Shown in pieces: positions 39,925-53,302 of a stretch of 64,000 nucleotides of DNA. The notes under the pieces were generated by a model. The model made no database searches. It worked only from the letters and a program-made list of their open reading frames with translations, and had not been told where the DNA came from. Source of the DNA: Octopus sinensis (lineage: Eukaryota). Position 1 is the stretch's first letter. The number at the start of each line of letters is the position of its first letter. The stretch lies in NCBI RefSeq assembly GCF_006345805.1, contig NC_043011.1:44528464-44592463 (forward strand), written 5' to 3'. The position numbers were made by a program, and so were the translations under genes.

Positions 39925-40790
39925 TTAGCAAGAATGTTGTCTTGAGGTTTGGTAATAACATGTCTTATCAAATTTCAAAAACTCTTGAAAAGAATACAAG
40001 ATTACACCTTTCTGCTGGTCAGTAATATGAGTCTTAATTCCAGTATCCTTCAGCAACTCAGGTAGCAGTTTAGGTGTTGTGCCAGGTGTACCAATTACCA
40101 CAGAAATAATTGTCATCTTAACTCTTCCACAATTTCTTCATCATTCTGGCTAAGTCCCAATATTTCTCTTTTTCTTTCAATTACTTTGGTATCTTCTCTA
40201 ATATTGCAAAGTCTGTGGTCTTACGCTGTGCTCTACAATAATATCTTGTCTTTTTAATCCCATAAAATCCAAAATTTCTTATTCTCTATCACAACCTGTT
40301 GCTCACATTCATACCATTCTTTCTTACTGCTTTGAATCCACACACTCAGCTAACATCCAAATACACTCTTTTACCTACACATTTATGCCTGTACTTATAC
40401 TCTTTTTCTACCAGCTTACTGAACTCATTCAAGAAATGTATAATACTTTTATCTCTTTTCCCACAGACTCTGCGTTTGTTCTCTGACTGACTTTTATCAA
40501 TCATTGTTTTTATCAAATTTGTTCTAATGGTTAATTTCTGAGCAGCTGCTATTACTGATTTGGTTTATTGTTTCATGTTTCCATCTGTTAGCCATAACTA
40601 CCATTCTTTACATCCAACAGTTTCAGTCTCCTGCAAGAATTGGCCAACTAATACCTTTTCTTTCCAGCTATTTCTTCTGTAGTTCTTCCTTCTGCTCCTA
40701 AATTCTCTTATTGTTTCAGTAATATTTTGGACACTTTTAGCCAATGAAAGCATTCTTTTTTCTCTCTCTACAGCACAGATGGTCATCATC
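39925..40790 (-). mobile_element. Decayed R4/Dong-clade (RLE) LINE 3' region
   Basis: Remnant translations KVLVGQFLQET..., ISVVIGTPGTTPKLL..., QKGVIL. Ends in a (TTG/TTA)n tract. Confidence 0.7.
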
Positions 40791-43206
40791 ATAATCATTA
40801 TCGTTTCTTTTTTTGTTATTATTATTTGTTTGATGAAGGTTCAGGTAACCCAAATTACCTGGCACAAATCACTTGTTAATGGGTTGTGATGTTCATGCAG
40901 AGAACACAGCAATGGTAATGACGGTGGAGCTTAGTTCAGCACTCTACCATTTCTACCCAACTTCACCAATCCCTTTCAATTAATTGATAATAATTTGAAA
41001 TAACAAAAAAAAAAACAACGATGCCCCAGCATGACCGCAGTCTAATGACTGAAACAAGTAAAAGGTAAAAGGTAAAGGTAAATAATTATACAATCAAAGA
41101 AAACAGACTCGGACAACAAGAACAACAAAAAGGAACAAGATAACACAAAACCTCACAAAAGAAGAAACAGAAAACCAACATAAATTCCATTGGGTGTTGG
41201 AATATTTACAACAAAGAGAAAAGAACAAGAAGGAGGAGACACACAGACAGACAAATAGAAAAAGTGTCAATTATCGCCTTTTTTCTTAGGGTTTTTTTTT
41301 CCAAAAATAAGTCGATAAGAGATGGTAATAATGTAAAAGATTCTTATGCTTACCAAAAAGTGAGGCTCGTTACCATGGGAATGACAGGTGAAAATAAAAA
41401 AAGGAACTTAATCCATGAAAACAGAAGGGACAAACCCCACACTTTTTTTTCTGACAAGTAATTAGTATTTTTTTATTTTGAAAAAATAATTTTAGTTTAG
41501 GAATTTAGCAAACATGTACAATGATCATTGATAAAACATCTTCATTTACCATTCCATTGATTGACTGAGGAAGCATTTTAGTAATTTGTTAAACCAAAGC
41601 GTTAATAAATGGAAAGAAACAGAACAATTTTATGTATCTAAATGGTCAGTATTATACTGTATTAGTTGAACTACAAACAATTGTATCTACATACATGGTC
41701 AGTATTACACAGTACTAGTTGTACTACAAACTATTATATCTATGTTGTTTAGTATTTCATTGTACTAATCATACTTCTAAACATTATATTTACGTATATA
41801 ATCAGTATTTTACTGTACTAGTTGTATTACTAATTATTATATATACATATGTGGTTAGTATTTCATTGTACAAGTTGTACTACAAACTATTAAATCTACA
41901 TAAAAAGGCTCTTACACCTACTCAAGAATACATTCTAAATATAAACAATCACATCATCAAAATCTTGATACAAGATAATGTATGATTAATTCGAAACAAT
42001 ATGAATAAATAAGCACTGCATTTGATGGAGTTCTGAATGCTAAAAGGTTAATTCTGCCAGCCATTGTGGTTGGCATTTTCATGTAACATCTAATACCTGT
42101 CATATTGAAAAGACAAAGCACAAAGCTAATCATCTCACCCTCTTGGATAATATGTCCAGGTAATATTTAATCTTTGCAAACCTACTGAACCGACGAATGC
42201 TAGTCAACTAGCCATTGGTCAGTCTTTCAGAAACCAGTGGTGGTGGAGTTAATTTTGAGTTAATAAAATAAGTACCAGTTGAGTACTGGGGGAGCAGGAG
42301 GTGTCGACGTAATCAACTAGCCCCTACCCTAAAATTTCATGCTTTATACCCATAGTAGAAATAATTTAAGGCCATCCATGACATTTATTTACATTCCAAC
42401 CCTTAGCTCAATTACGGCAGGGAGGTCTTTATCGTGGAAATCGTGGATCATTTTACAAATTATTTGTGACACTTTTTCTGTAAATAAAACTCAATGTCTA
42501 TTGATCAATCAGATCCGTGTTGTTTTTACTTTATTGATGAGGTTCATTACAGCAGAAACATGTCTATTGTTGTTACCAACTCCACTAACAAAACATCAGA
42601 TTTCCATTTAAGCATAAATATTTTTAATTAGTTCTCAATTTCACTGAAACTATCTCCCACTTCCTCCATGAGTCTCAAACCAGTAGTGCTACATTAATAT
42701 TTTCTTTCTACAATAAATAGAATTTTTAATTCCTCAAAGATTTTTTAAATTTTATTTTTGTCTTTCAGTACATCCATACAAAAATGCTTTGTGTTGTTGG
42801 TAGATCTTCAAGGCAGAAGATCAACAGAAAGAGCAGCAAAGCCTACATGCAAAGCTGAAGCTGCAATGGATAATACCATCCAGTACCTGTCATTTTCATC
42901 TCTTCTCCATTGCTGCAGGACTTTTCTTCCTGTTTCTACTGAGTAGAGCACAGGTGCTCAGCAGACTAAGATGTTGCGGTGACCAGCAAGCTGTTTGTTT
43001 TACACTCAAGCAGCCTTCTCCTAGGTGAAATACCTTACAGAAAGCCCCCAAATCACCCTGGAATCGCTGGGAGATTGTCAAAGTAGACATTGGACTCCTA
43101 TAATTTCTGTACATCTGTCCAGATATCATTTATCTCAAGCTTTATTTAAATTATTTCTTTTAGATCAGTTTTTATTTAATTTATTTTTTTTACTTATTAT
43201 ACTGCT

Positions 43207-43520
43207 AGTGAAGGCGCAATGGCTCAGTGGTTAGGACAGCGGACTTGCAGTCAGAGGATCGCAGTTTCGATTCCCAGACCAGGCGTTGTGTGTGTTTATT
43301 GAGAGAAAACACCTAAAACTCCACGAGGCTCCAGCAGTGGGTGGTGGCAACCCCTGTTGTACTCTTTCACCCCAACTTTTTCTCACTCTTTCTTCCTGTT
43401 TCTTGAGTAATGCTGCAATGGACTGGTGTCCCGTCCAGCTGGGGGGGGGGGAACACATACACCATAGAAACTGGGAAACCGGGCCCATGAGCCTAGCTAG
43501 GCTTGAAAAGGGCACATAAA
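43207..43520 (+). mobile_element. SINE with a family C head and body but a different 3' tail
   Basis: Matches C up to ctttcttcctgtttc, then continues cttgagtaatgctgcaatggactgg...gggcacataaa. Confidence 0.8.
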
Positions 43521-44607
43521 TAAATAATAAAATTTTATACTGTTATGCTAGTTCATTATTTCTAAAAGAGACAACCAAAAGAGGCAAAGTGACAGACATA
43601 TTGCTGCCTTTAATAAAATTTAAATGGTTTTAAACTGTTTTGAACTTTTCAAACATAATAATGAAAAGGGAAGAATTCTATGAATACAAATTCTATTTTG
43701 CTTCTTCATTGATAAAGATGGGGAGGTACCCCTTAACTGTCACTATTTTGGGAAAGGAAGAATTTTGGTATTTGCCATTATTAACCCTTTTGGTTACCAC
43801 ATTTCTGTTAAAATACACTATCTTTGTTTCAATTAATTTTGAGAAAATATTGAAAAATTTAATTAACATTGTCCTTAAGTATTGGTTTTGTTTCAATTAA
43901 TTTTGAAAATAGCAAAGAATTTACTCAAAAAACCTAAGTTATTATTAATCATTTGTTACCATATTTCTGCTGAAAAATGCACTGCTTTTATTAGAATTTG
44001 AAAACAATGAAGAATTTGTCATTATTAACCTGGTGTATGGAACAGATATTAACATTAAATGTTGATGGAAGATATTAATTTTGATTATTTTAACCATTTT
44101 GTTACCATATCTCTGTGGATTCACAGAGTCTTTGTTTCAATTTATCTTAAAGATAATGAAGAATTCTAATACAATAACTGTCATTATTAAGCTGGCGTTT
44201 AGAATATAAATTAAACATGGAATTTTGATGCAAGGTTTTAAGTTAGGTCTCTTTAAAACAGGGAGTTAGTATCATAGAATCATAGGTGTTCTCAAGTGAC
44301 TTGGTATCTGTCAGTTTAGGGACCACAGGTTTAACCAATTTGGGAACAGATGACACGGCAGACATGTATTGTGTTAGTATATATTGTATTAGATGTAAAA
44401 ACTCATAGTGAAAGTGAGAGAAGTAACGTGAGTAGCAGGAGGAGGTTAGAGAGTGAAAGAGTTAAGTGGGAGGAAGGTCAAGATACACTGGCCAGAGGTT
44501 TAAATGTCTGGAAAAGCAGTGGAGGGTTAGAGAACTGCAGTGGTACCAAAGGTGTTTGGTTTGGTATGACGAAAGGAAAGAAACTGGACTTCCAATTAAT
44601 TACTGAC

Positions 44608-44761
44608 CTATATTCGGTCTCTGTGGCAGAGTCACGGCCAGAATCTTGACCCAGTGAGCAGAATGATGCCGTTGATGAGACAACACGATCCGTGGTGACA
44701 GTCATGTTGGTTTGGTCGGATTCAATTGATTGTCGTGCACTTGATGTGGCACTCCAGTTAC
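44608..44761 (-). CDS. NHSL1: Coding exon of the NHS-like protein (GNWSATSSARQSIESD...GQDSGRDS)
   Basis: Acceptor tgtttgcag|GT and donor TATAG|gtcagt; 154 nt, phase 1 to phase 2. Splicing to the previous exon rebuilds QSSSGNWS, the conserved NHS/NHSL1/GUKH motif. Confidence 0.9.
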
Positions 44762-44827
44762 CTGCAAACAAAGAGAATAATTAAGTATAATCAAATTATA
44801 ACAATAACCAAAGAATAATAATTAATT

Positions 44828-45358
44828 CTGGTTTATTGGCCACAAGGGCTAACATAAATCAAAAAACATGTAAAGACAAACACAGGACGAAAAGTACAAA
44901 ATGTTTTGCGAAAAAGAAAGGTCCGTGTAAACATTCAAATAACAACAAAAAATATATCAAATAAAACTCCCAATAGGGGGAGGCGCTTCGAAAGGTTACT
45001 CATGGAAAAACCCATAAAAGCCACAGGAGCCTGGTTAAAAAGGGGTAGAGAGCCCCTTTTCCTTTTATATTACCTTTTTTTTTTACAGGTGTAATCTCAG
45101 AATTGGTCCATTCATACTGGCCATTTTCCCTGACATTCACCCACCTTTCAATATATTTGCTATGAGACAGCACTTCCCTCTCTACTCTCATCTTCTTTTT
45201 CAAGTGGAACTTGAAAAAGTTGATGAGGCCTTGGCCAAAGAGGAAAGTGTCTGACTTTAGCCTTTTCAAACGGCTCCACCATACCACCTCTTTCGCTACA
45301 GCCACTAGACAAAGGAAAATTGCCTTGCCCTCCCGGGCAATCTTCACTATGGAATAAT
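44828..45358 (-). mobile_element. Tx1/L1-clade LINE 3' end (ORF2 C-terminus plus 3' UTR)
   Basis: FLCLVAVAKEVVWWSRLK...LINFFKFHLKKKMRVEREVLS...ERW is a Tx1-type C-terminal signature, followed by a pyrimidine-rich UTR and AATAAA. Confidence 0.7.
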
Positions 45359-45677
45359 TGCAGCATGGAAGATGTTTGTAAGCCATTTAAGAACACACAA
45401 AAACCATTTGTTTCTCTTTAACATTTAAATTTAATTTGTGTCAAAATATTTTTGTCGCTTTGAAACTGCAACCTGTTCACAGACAAAACTTCGGTCGCGG
45501 TTTCAAGTCAATGAAAATATTTTGAATATTACAACACAAATTAAATTTAAATGGTGAAGTGAAACTAACAGCTTTTGTGTGTTCTTAAATGGCTTACAAA
45601 TATCCTCCATACTACAATTGTTTTTGCTTCAACATATGATCTCAGATTAAGTCACTTGCTATGCAAGTACATCTCCA
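45357..45677. mobile_element. Penelope-like element remnant with an inverted (foldback) terminal repeat
   Basis: About 120-bp imperfect inverted arms; a related single copy at about 21665-21870. The Penelope assignment is inferred. Confidence 0.5.
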
Positions 45678-46115
45678 GTTGTTTGACTTTAACCAGTTGA
45701 GCATGTCCCTTAGTGGCTGACGATATGTGCATCTCTGATCATGAGCAGAAGTAGTGGGGGAGCATCATAGCCATGTGTTGAGAGGGATTCTTTGGAGTTT
45801 GAATAATTCACCTCTGGAAACATGGGTGGTTCTTTCAACATCCTTAAACAATCCTTATTCAGAGACCTTTCGAGCGGGATGGGCTACTCAACCTGAAGAA
45901 AATTCTAACTGGGCCCCACCTGCAAGGTCATGTGCTGTTTATCTTGATATGAGATCACCATGTCGCGCACATATGGGTGTGATGCATGTGCCCGGTGTAC
46001 CCTTATCAGACGGGTAGTCATGATGGGTATACTGGGCTTCGTATATTTTACCCCAGTGTCACTTTGATGGCATGCTCTGCTCGCTCACTCAATAATAATA
46101 ATAATAATGATAATA
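45678..46115 (+). mobile_element. Non-coding retroposon with an (AAT)n tail
   Basis: Its 3' ~120 bp recurs inverted at 27066-27190 between (TTA)n tracts. Confidence 0.65.
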
Positions 46116-46429
46116 ATATTGGTTTCAAATTGTGGTAAATCAATTACATTAACTCCAGTAATTATTTTATCGACCCCAAAAGGATGAAAGGCAAAGTCAA
46201 TCACAGTAGAATGTAAAGACAGACAAAAATATTGAGAAGCATGTTGTCCAGCATGCTAACGGTTCTGCCTGCTCTGCCGGATGAAAGAATAGCAGCATGA
46301 TGCTACTCATAATGGATACAACCAAGAACAAATTCCATCCAATATTCTTTAACAACTTTTCCAATGTAACTCCATAACTTAGAGACACTGGCACATTAAA
46401 CAAGTATGTTTACCCCCTTTATGTCATTT

Positions 46430-46556
46430 AAACCAAGAAGTTTACTTCCCAGTCACATGGTTATGGGTTCAGTCCCACTGCATGACACTTACTATGGTGT
46501 CAGGCTGACCAAAGCCTCATGAGTGGATTTGGTGGATGGAAACTGAAAGAAGCCTG

Positions 46557-46596
<40 letters not shown>

Positions 46597-46828
46597 ATAT
46601 GTGTGTATGTCTGTCTGTCCCCCATCACCACTTGACAACCAGTGTTGGTGTGTCTTAACATCCCATAACTTAGTAGTTCAGCATAAGAGACTGACATAAG
46701 TACCAGTCTTTAAAAAAAATAAAATAAGTATCAAGTTCAATTCACCCAACTAAAAATTCCCTAAGGTGCTGCCCCAGCATGGCCACAGTCTAATGGCTGA
46801 AACAAGTGAAAGATAAGAGATAAAAGAT
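46430..46828 (+). mobile_element. SINE family A
   Basis: Head, core, (TG)n and tail. Confidence 0.8.
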
Positions 46829-47032
46829 ATCCGGCCCAAATATTCTACATGTTTTACATTTGAACCAACCAGATCTGGCTTCTCACACCTACCTTACAAC
46901 GTCATTCTAAAAGTAAACAATGACATCACCAAAATCTCAAATCTGAGATAATGCATGATTAATTCAAAACAATGTGAATAAATAAGGATTACATTTGACA
47001 GAGAAATCTGAATGCAGAAAGGGTAAGAGGGG

Positions 47033-47480
47033 TTTCTTATTTCTTTACTGCCCACAAGGGGCTACACACAGAGGGGACAAACAAGGACAGACAAACAGAT
47101 TCAGTCGATTACATTGACCCCAGCATGCAACCGGTACTTAATTTATCGACCCCGAAAGGATGAAAGGCAAAGTCAACCTCGGCGGAATTTGAACTCAGAA
47201 CGTAAAGATACGAAATACCGCTAAGCATTTCGCCCGGCGTGCTAACATTTCTTATTTCTTTATTGCCCACAAGGGGCTAAACACAGAGGAGACAAACAAG
47301 GACAGACAAACGGATTAAGTCGATTATATCGACCCCAGTGCCTAACTGGTACTTATTTAATCGACCCCGAACGGATGAAAGGCAAAGTCGACATCGGCGG
47401 AATTTGAACTCAGAACGTAGCGGCAGACGAAATACCGCTAAGCATTTCACCCGGCGTGCTAACGATTCTGCCAGCTCGCC
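47033..47480 (-). mobile_element. Tandem or nested pair of young SINE family B copies
   Basis: Two near-consensus copies; the first lacks its 5'-most ~15 nt. Confidence 0.88.
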
Positions 47481-47850
47481 ACTAATGTTTCTTACATTAA
47501 CACAAGACAAGGCAAGAAATTTTGGTGAGGAGTACATTTAATCAAACTGGTGCTGATACATGAGCAGAACTTGCTGACCACTGTATGAATGAAGGTCAAA
47601 CTGACCACAACAGGGATTGAACTCAAGATTATAAAGAAGCTAAGACCCAGAAGATTCTGATGAAAAAGCAAGACATTTTGAATTGGACGGGGTACAGTTA
47701 GTGTAATGGGGTACAGTTGGTGGTCTGTGGTGGTATTTATTTTGATTAGGGAGACATCAGAAGATCTAATGAGGATAGAGGTAGGGATGACTAGATAAGG
47801 GATTGGGTTTGTGGTGAGGAACACAGAAAGTGTGTGTGTGTGTGTGTGAA

Positions 47851-47881
<31 letters not shown>

Positions 47882-48273
47882 ACCAGTGAGAGAAGGTGAA
47901 GGACAATTAATGGTAGCAGGATATTAACTTGCATTTCAGCAGTATTCGTGTGGGAAGGGTACCAGAAAGGGTGTGAAGGTGGGGTATAATTGAAAAGGAG
48001 TTGTGTGCATTGGAGTTACTGAAGGGGAAGAATTGAGAGAAAGATGAAGGATGAGAAATGGTTAAACAACAGGTGGTAGGCGATGGTGATGGTGACAGTA
48101 GTGGTGGAGATTGTTGGTGGAGTATTTTTGAGAGAAATAGATGGACATATATGGGAATGTAAAAGATGTGATAAAGATGAACTGTGATGTAGAGTAAATG
48201 AAAATAGCGTTTAGTTATATTTGAGTCAGAATATGTCTATATATATATATGTGTGTGTATATATATATATAAT

Positions 48274-48347
<74 letters not shown>

Positions 48348-49153
48348 AAGAGAAAGAGGGAAAATGAGAGACAGACAGATAGATTTGTAGATATAGATAT
48401 CTAGTTATAGATATAGTCAAAAGGGATTAAACTGGTGATTGGATGAGTTTAGCAGGGAGGAACAGAAATAAACAGGTGAACTCAGAGGCAAAGGAAAGTT
48501 AGACTTTGATGTGAAGTAAATTTAGAAGTTTTTATCTTTATCTTGAAGTCAGCAAGAATCAAATAACTGGTGATGGTGGCGGCGGTGGTGGTGGTGGTTG
48601 GAGGAGCTTAGGGAGGAGGAGAGAGACACACAGACAGACTTACAAGAATGAGGACGGACTTTGAAACAGAGGAAGAAGAGGGTGACTGAGATAAAGGTGA
48701 AGTAGGGTTGATGTCTTTAAGGACAAAAGACAAGGAACTAGTGGTGATGGTGGTGGTGGTGATGGTTAGAGGACTTTAGAGGGTGGCAGACAGACAGACA
48801 TAGCATTTAGAAAGACTTTGAGGGGAAGAGACAGTAAATGTCGATATCCATGTGAGAGAGGTGAGTGGCATGGATGGAAACAGATGGCACAAAAATGCAA
48901 AGACAACACCTTTTAGAAAGACGTTGGAATATAGAGTGTTACCTGGCCAGTAGAGGTTTAGGTGAAAGATTAAAGGATGAGAGATTTGTGTCTCACTCCA
49001 GAGAGTGGGAGTAGAGTGTTAGTTCATATGGATCCTTGTACTCTGGAAACAAACAGATTAGCTACACTTTATAACATTTCATTAAAGGGAGAGAGAAGTA
49101 GATTTGGCCAGATTACAATTCTGAACAACACAAAACCTCATTAAGGAATTTAA

Positions 49154-49374
49154 CCCTTCCATTACCAACTCAGCCGAAACCAGCTCTGGCTCTGTAGTAC
49201 AAATGTCTTGTTTTCATAAGTTTTGAATTAGAATCTCCCACCAAACCTTAGTCACAATTAATGTTCCTAACACTAGCTTAATGATAATTAAGTTATTTTA
49301 CTAAATTCTTTGTTATATCTAAAATAATTGAGAGAAACACAGAATATCTCAAAATAAATACAGTAACGAAAGGG
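49154..49374. mobile_element. piggyBac-like MITE
   Basis: TTAA|CCCTT...AAGGG|TTAA. Diverged relatives at about 18530-18760 and tandem partial copies at 43781-44310. Confidence 0.8.
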
Positions 49375-49469
49375 TTAAAAATATTCTATCTCAGACATGA
49401 CCCTAAATTCTAATTCTGAAGGACTTGTAAGAGGTTGATGATTATCTTTGGGTTTATGGTATTAAACAT

Positions 49470-50272
49470 AGGTTCAGGTGTGGCTGTGTGGTAAGAAGTT
49501 TGGTTCCAGGTTCAGTGTCACTGCCTGACACCTAGGGCAAGTGTCTTCTACTATAGCCTCAAGTCAACCAAAGCTTTGTGAGTGGATTTGGTACATGGAA
49601 ACTGAAAGAAGCCCATCGTATATCATATGTGTGTGTGTTTGTCCCCCCACCATCACATGACAACTGGTGTTGGAGTGTTTACATCTCCATAACTTAGCAG
49701 TTTGGCAAAAGATTCTGATGTAAAAAATAAGTACTGGAGTTGATCCATTCCACTAAAAGTTCTTCAAAACAGTGCTCCAGCATGGCCACAGTCTAATGAC
49801 CGAAACAAGTAAAAGATAAAAAAATAAGAGACAACACTCCACCTAGATAAGATGACAGTCCATGACATAAATGTTACTTGGATCATCTGTTGATATGTAG
49901 GAGTGGCTGTGTGGTAAGTAGCTTGCTTACGAACCATATGGTTCCGGGTAAAGTCCCACTGCATGGCACCTTGGGAAAGCGTCTTCTACTATAGCCTTGG
50001 GCCGACCAAAGCCTTGTGAGTGGAAGCCCGTCATATACATGTATATATGTATATGTGTGTGTGTATGTGTTTGTGTGTCTGTGTTTGTCCCCACAACATC
50101 GCTTGACAACCGATGCTGGTGTGTTTATGGCCCCGTAACTTAACGGTTCGGCAAAAGAGACTGATAGAATAAGTACTAGGCTTACAAAGAATAAGTCCTG
50201 GGGTCGATTTGCTTGACTAAAGGCAGTGCTCCAGCATGACCACAGTCAAATGACTGAAACAAGTAAAAGAGT
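49470..50272 (+). mobile_element. Two tandem SINE family A copies (49470-49830 and 49897-50272)
   Basis: Full-length matches. Confidence 0.85.
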
Positions 50273-50932
50273 ATGTATTTATCTTGATAAGTTAGGTAAG
50301 CCATAGCAATGAAGACTTAAGTGTTTGGTCAAAATATACAGCAGAGAAGAAGAGAGATAAGTCTCTACCTGGATACAACACTAGTCCATTGTAAGTAACA
50401 CTCCCAAACAATCCAGTAAACTGTGGTGATATGCAGAAATATTACAGTATACCTACAGTGGAATTGAACTCCTGGTCTATGACTTGGTGTCAGACAGACT
50501 CTGCCAGGCCATGTCAACTCTATGGAAAACAATGAAAGAGCCTCTATTTTGTCACTTAACTGACAAGAAATAGCAGCCAAATCTCAATAGTGATTAAAGA
50601 ATTCACTAGAGAATGTGATCCTTTATGTATAATGAAAAAAAAAAAAAAAAAAAAACTGGGTGGTCATAGTTATAACATCTTTAGTTAATAGGTCTGCTCG
50701 GTCAGAAAGACCAGTTTTGGGAGACATTCCTGAGCCTTGAAATGGATGAAACAGAAATAAAATACTCCAACATTCTGGAAATGAAACTAGTCTACCATAG
50801 ACCCAAGACACACCTCCTAAAGACTTCCACCCTAGTTCTATGACATCTGAGAATAAAGAACAACAACAGCAACAATAGCAACAAAATCAGTACAATTTTT
50901 TTTCTTTTTTTTAATTAAAAATTCCAACTCAC

Positions 50933-51971
50933 CTGACGAAGATTGTCTTTCTTCCTTTCTTCGTTTGGATATTTCTCTCAGTCGTACTGAGGTGGTCCAG
51001 TCTTTTGGCAGACTCTCCCAGGGGAAATCATATTTCTTTGCCTGAGCTCTGGGCAAGGTGTTGTTAGCAAAATTATAGAACTGGCATGATGAGGAATCTT
51101 CTTCAACAGTTTTCGGGGCTTCAGGGGCTGATTCACAGATTCTTTCTGGCATACTGGTTGTTTTAGACAATAATGACAACTTAGCATCTTCCAGGCTGTT
51201 GTAATAACCATCTGGAATCTTAAGGAAATCAAGGTCAAGGGATTTCCGATCGGGTTTTCCACCAATTTTCATGAAACTTTTTATTCTTTCCCCAATGAAA
51301 CTAGACTTTCTTCGGCTTTGTTTCACGTGATCAGAATTGGTCTGGACTAAACTCTTCATGTCAAAATCTTCAGAAGTGCCTTTACGAGCGTTTGAATTAG
51401 TCCTTGAGAGTTTTTGGAATTTAGATTTTTGATGATGCGGTGATGACTGCGATTTACTGCAAGAGATGATCTTGGAGAGAAATGACTGCTTCATCATGTT
51501 GTCCCACTCATTTCTCTCATCCAATTTGCCTTCAATTTCTTCAAAATACTTGGCAAAGGCTTCATCCTTGGAATGAATCGGATCGAGATCGTTAAAACTG
51601 TACGTTCTAGGATACCGACGAGGTACGGAAGAGAACCTTCTAGAGTTTCTCTTTCGGGCTTCGAAGTTTTTGATTTCGTTCATGATGCTTTCTGGGAGAC
51701 CAGAAATAGAACGCCTTCGTGTACAAACTGATGAGTTTTCGTTTATGGAATCTCGAAGTGATCGGCGATACAAACACATTCGTTCAAAGCTGGCCCCTGA
51801 GGTATCTATGGAAACAACAATTGATGGCTGGGATCTTGAAATATCAGACAGATCATCCGTATCGGAAGCACCATCTTCTATTGAATTGAGGTGATCAAAG
51901 GAATTTATGGTCTGTGATCGCCGAGGTGCTTTCAATGTCTTGTAGGTTTTCTGGAACTGGACAGGTTGGTT
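50933..51971 (-). CDS. NHSL1: Coding exon of an NHS/NHSL/GUK-holder family protein
   Basis: Polypyrimidine tract plus ccattccag|AAC acceptor; donor TCAG|gtgagt (phase 1). Encodes RRSQTI, IVVSIDTSGASFERMCLYRRSL (resembles the NHS-family I.PINVTG.SF.R..S.RRSL motif), RRRSISGLP, and ends RQSSS(G). Confidence 0.88.
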
Positions 51972-52976
51972 CTGGAATGGAAAAGAAAAGAGAAAAGAAT
52001 AAATTTAAAATATGTCTATAAAATGGGAAAAAGGAAGTTCAGGCTCAATTTCAATTGTAGATGATTGTAAATGTATATCTGGGGGTCACATTTAAAAAAA
52101 AACAAGGGAAATGAAATTAAAATATATGCAATGTCAAAACAAAAAAAAGTAAATTTAAAGTATGTTTATCAAATGGGAAAAAGAGGTTCAGGTATTTCAG
52201 TAATAGATTATTGTATATATATCTAGGGGTCACATTTAAAAGAAAAAAGGAACCTAAAATTAATATATATGCAACATCAAATACATATATATATACACAC
52301 ACACATGCACACACACACACACATGCACACTTCGATACACATTCAAAGAAGCAGAGAAGTTGTGAGATAAAAAGTGTGGAACAAACCATCCACACTGCCA
52401 AGAGTTCAAACTTTGTTACCGTTTTTCCATCATACAAGTAGAATTTTTCAGAACAAAATTTACAGCAAAAAAAAGGTAGGTTGACTTATACATCAAGACG
52501 ATTATGGAGGACCAAAAATTCCATGTGAAATGGAGCAAGATTTGGAAAGACTGTGATGATGTTTGAATGGTTTAAACTACGTGTCTCTATACTATATGAT
52601 ACATTGACTTGTAAGCCAGAAAATATGATATTTTAGCCAATGTCTTGTACTGCTGACTCAGAAAGGTACATAACTCTGTTTCCACAACTCAGCCTGACTA
52701 ACAAACATGAAACAACAGGCTTTATTCATGACTGCTTTATTCATGACTGCATGACTGACTGGTTTGGCCTTCTGAACAAACATCTGTCCAACTGGAACAC
52801 TGCTTATGACTACTAAACCATCTGATATTTACTTCTCTCTATCACTCACTCTGTGTGTGTGTGTGTGCATGCACACGTGTGTATATATACATTTATATAC
52901 ATATACCTGCATGCACATACATAAACATACACACATATATTTATACAGATAGTTACATTATATATGTGTGTGTATA

Positions 52977-53302
52977 GGAGCACTCCGTCAGTTGTGACGA
53001 TGAGGGTCCCAGCTGATACGATCAACAGAACAGCTTGCTCGTGAAATTAACGTGCAAGTGGCTGAGCACTCCACAGACGCGTGTACCCTTAATGTAGTTC
53101 TCGGGGAGATTCGGCCTGATACACAGTGTGACAAGGCTGGCCGTTTGAAATACCGGTACTACTCACTTTTCCCAACTGAGTGGACTGGAGCAACGTGAAA
53201 TAAAGTGTCATGCTCAAGGACACAGTGCGCAGCTTGGAATTGAACTCACGACCTTACAATCATGAGCCGAATGCCTCTAACCACTAAGCCATGCGCCTTC
53301 AC
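52977..53302 (-). mobile_element. SINE family D (different tRNA head and core, shares the family C 3' tail)
   Basis: Tail ...gttaatttcacgagcaagctgttc...gacggagtgc is shared with C; head gtgaaggcgcatggcttagtggttag. Confidence 0.8.

Noticed and set aside
42780-43135. Exon-like unique block with CAG|gtac donor
   Set aside because: No clean open frame up to the donor in the required phase; resembles a decayed RTE C-terminus (QLAGH motif).
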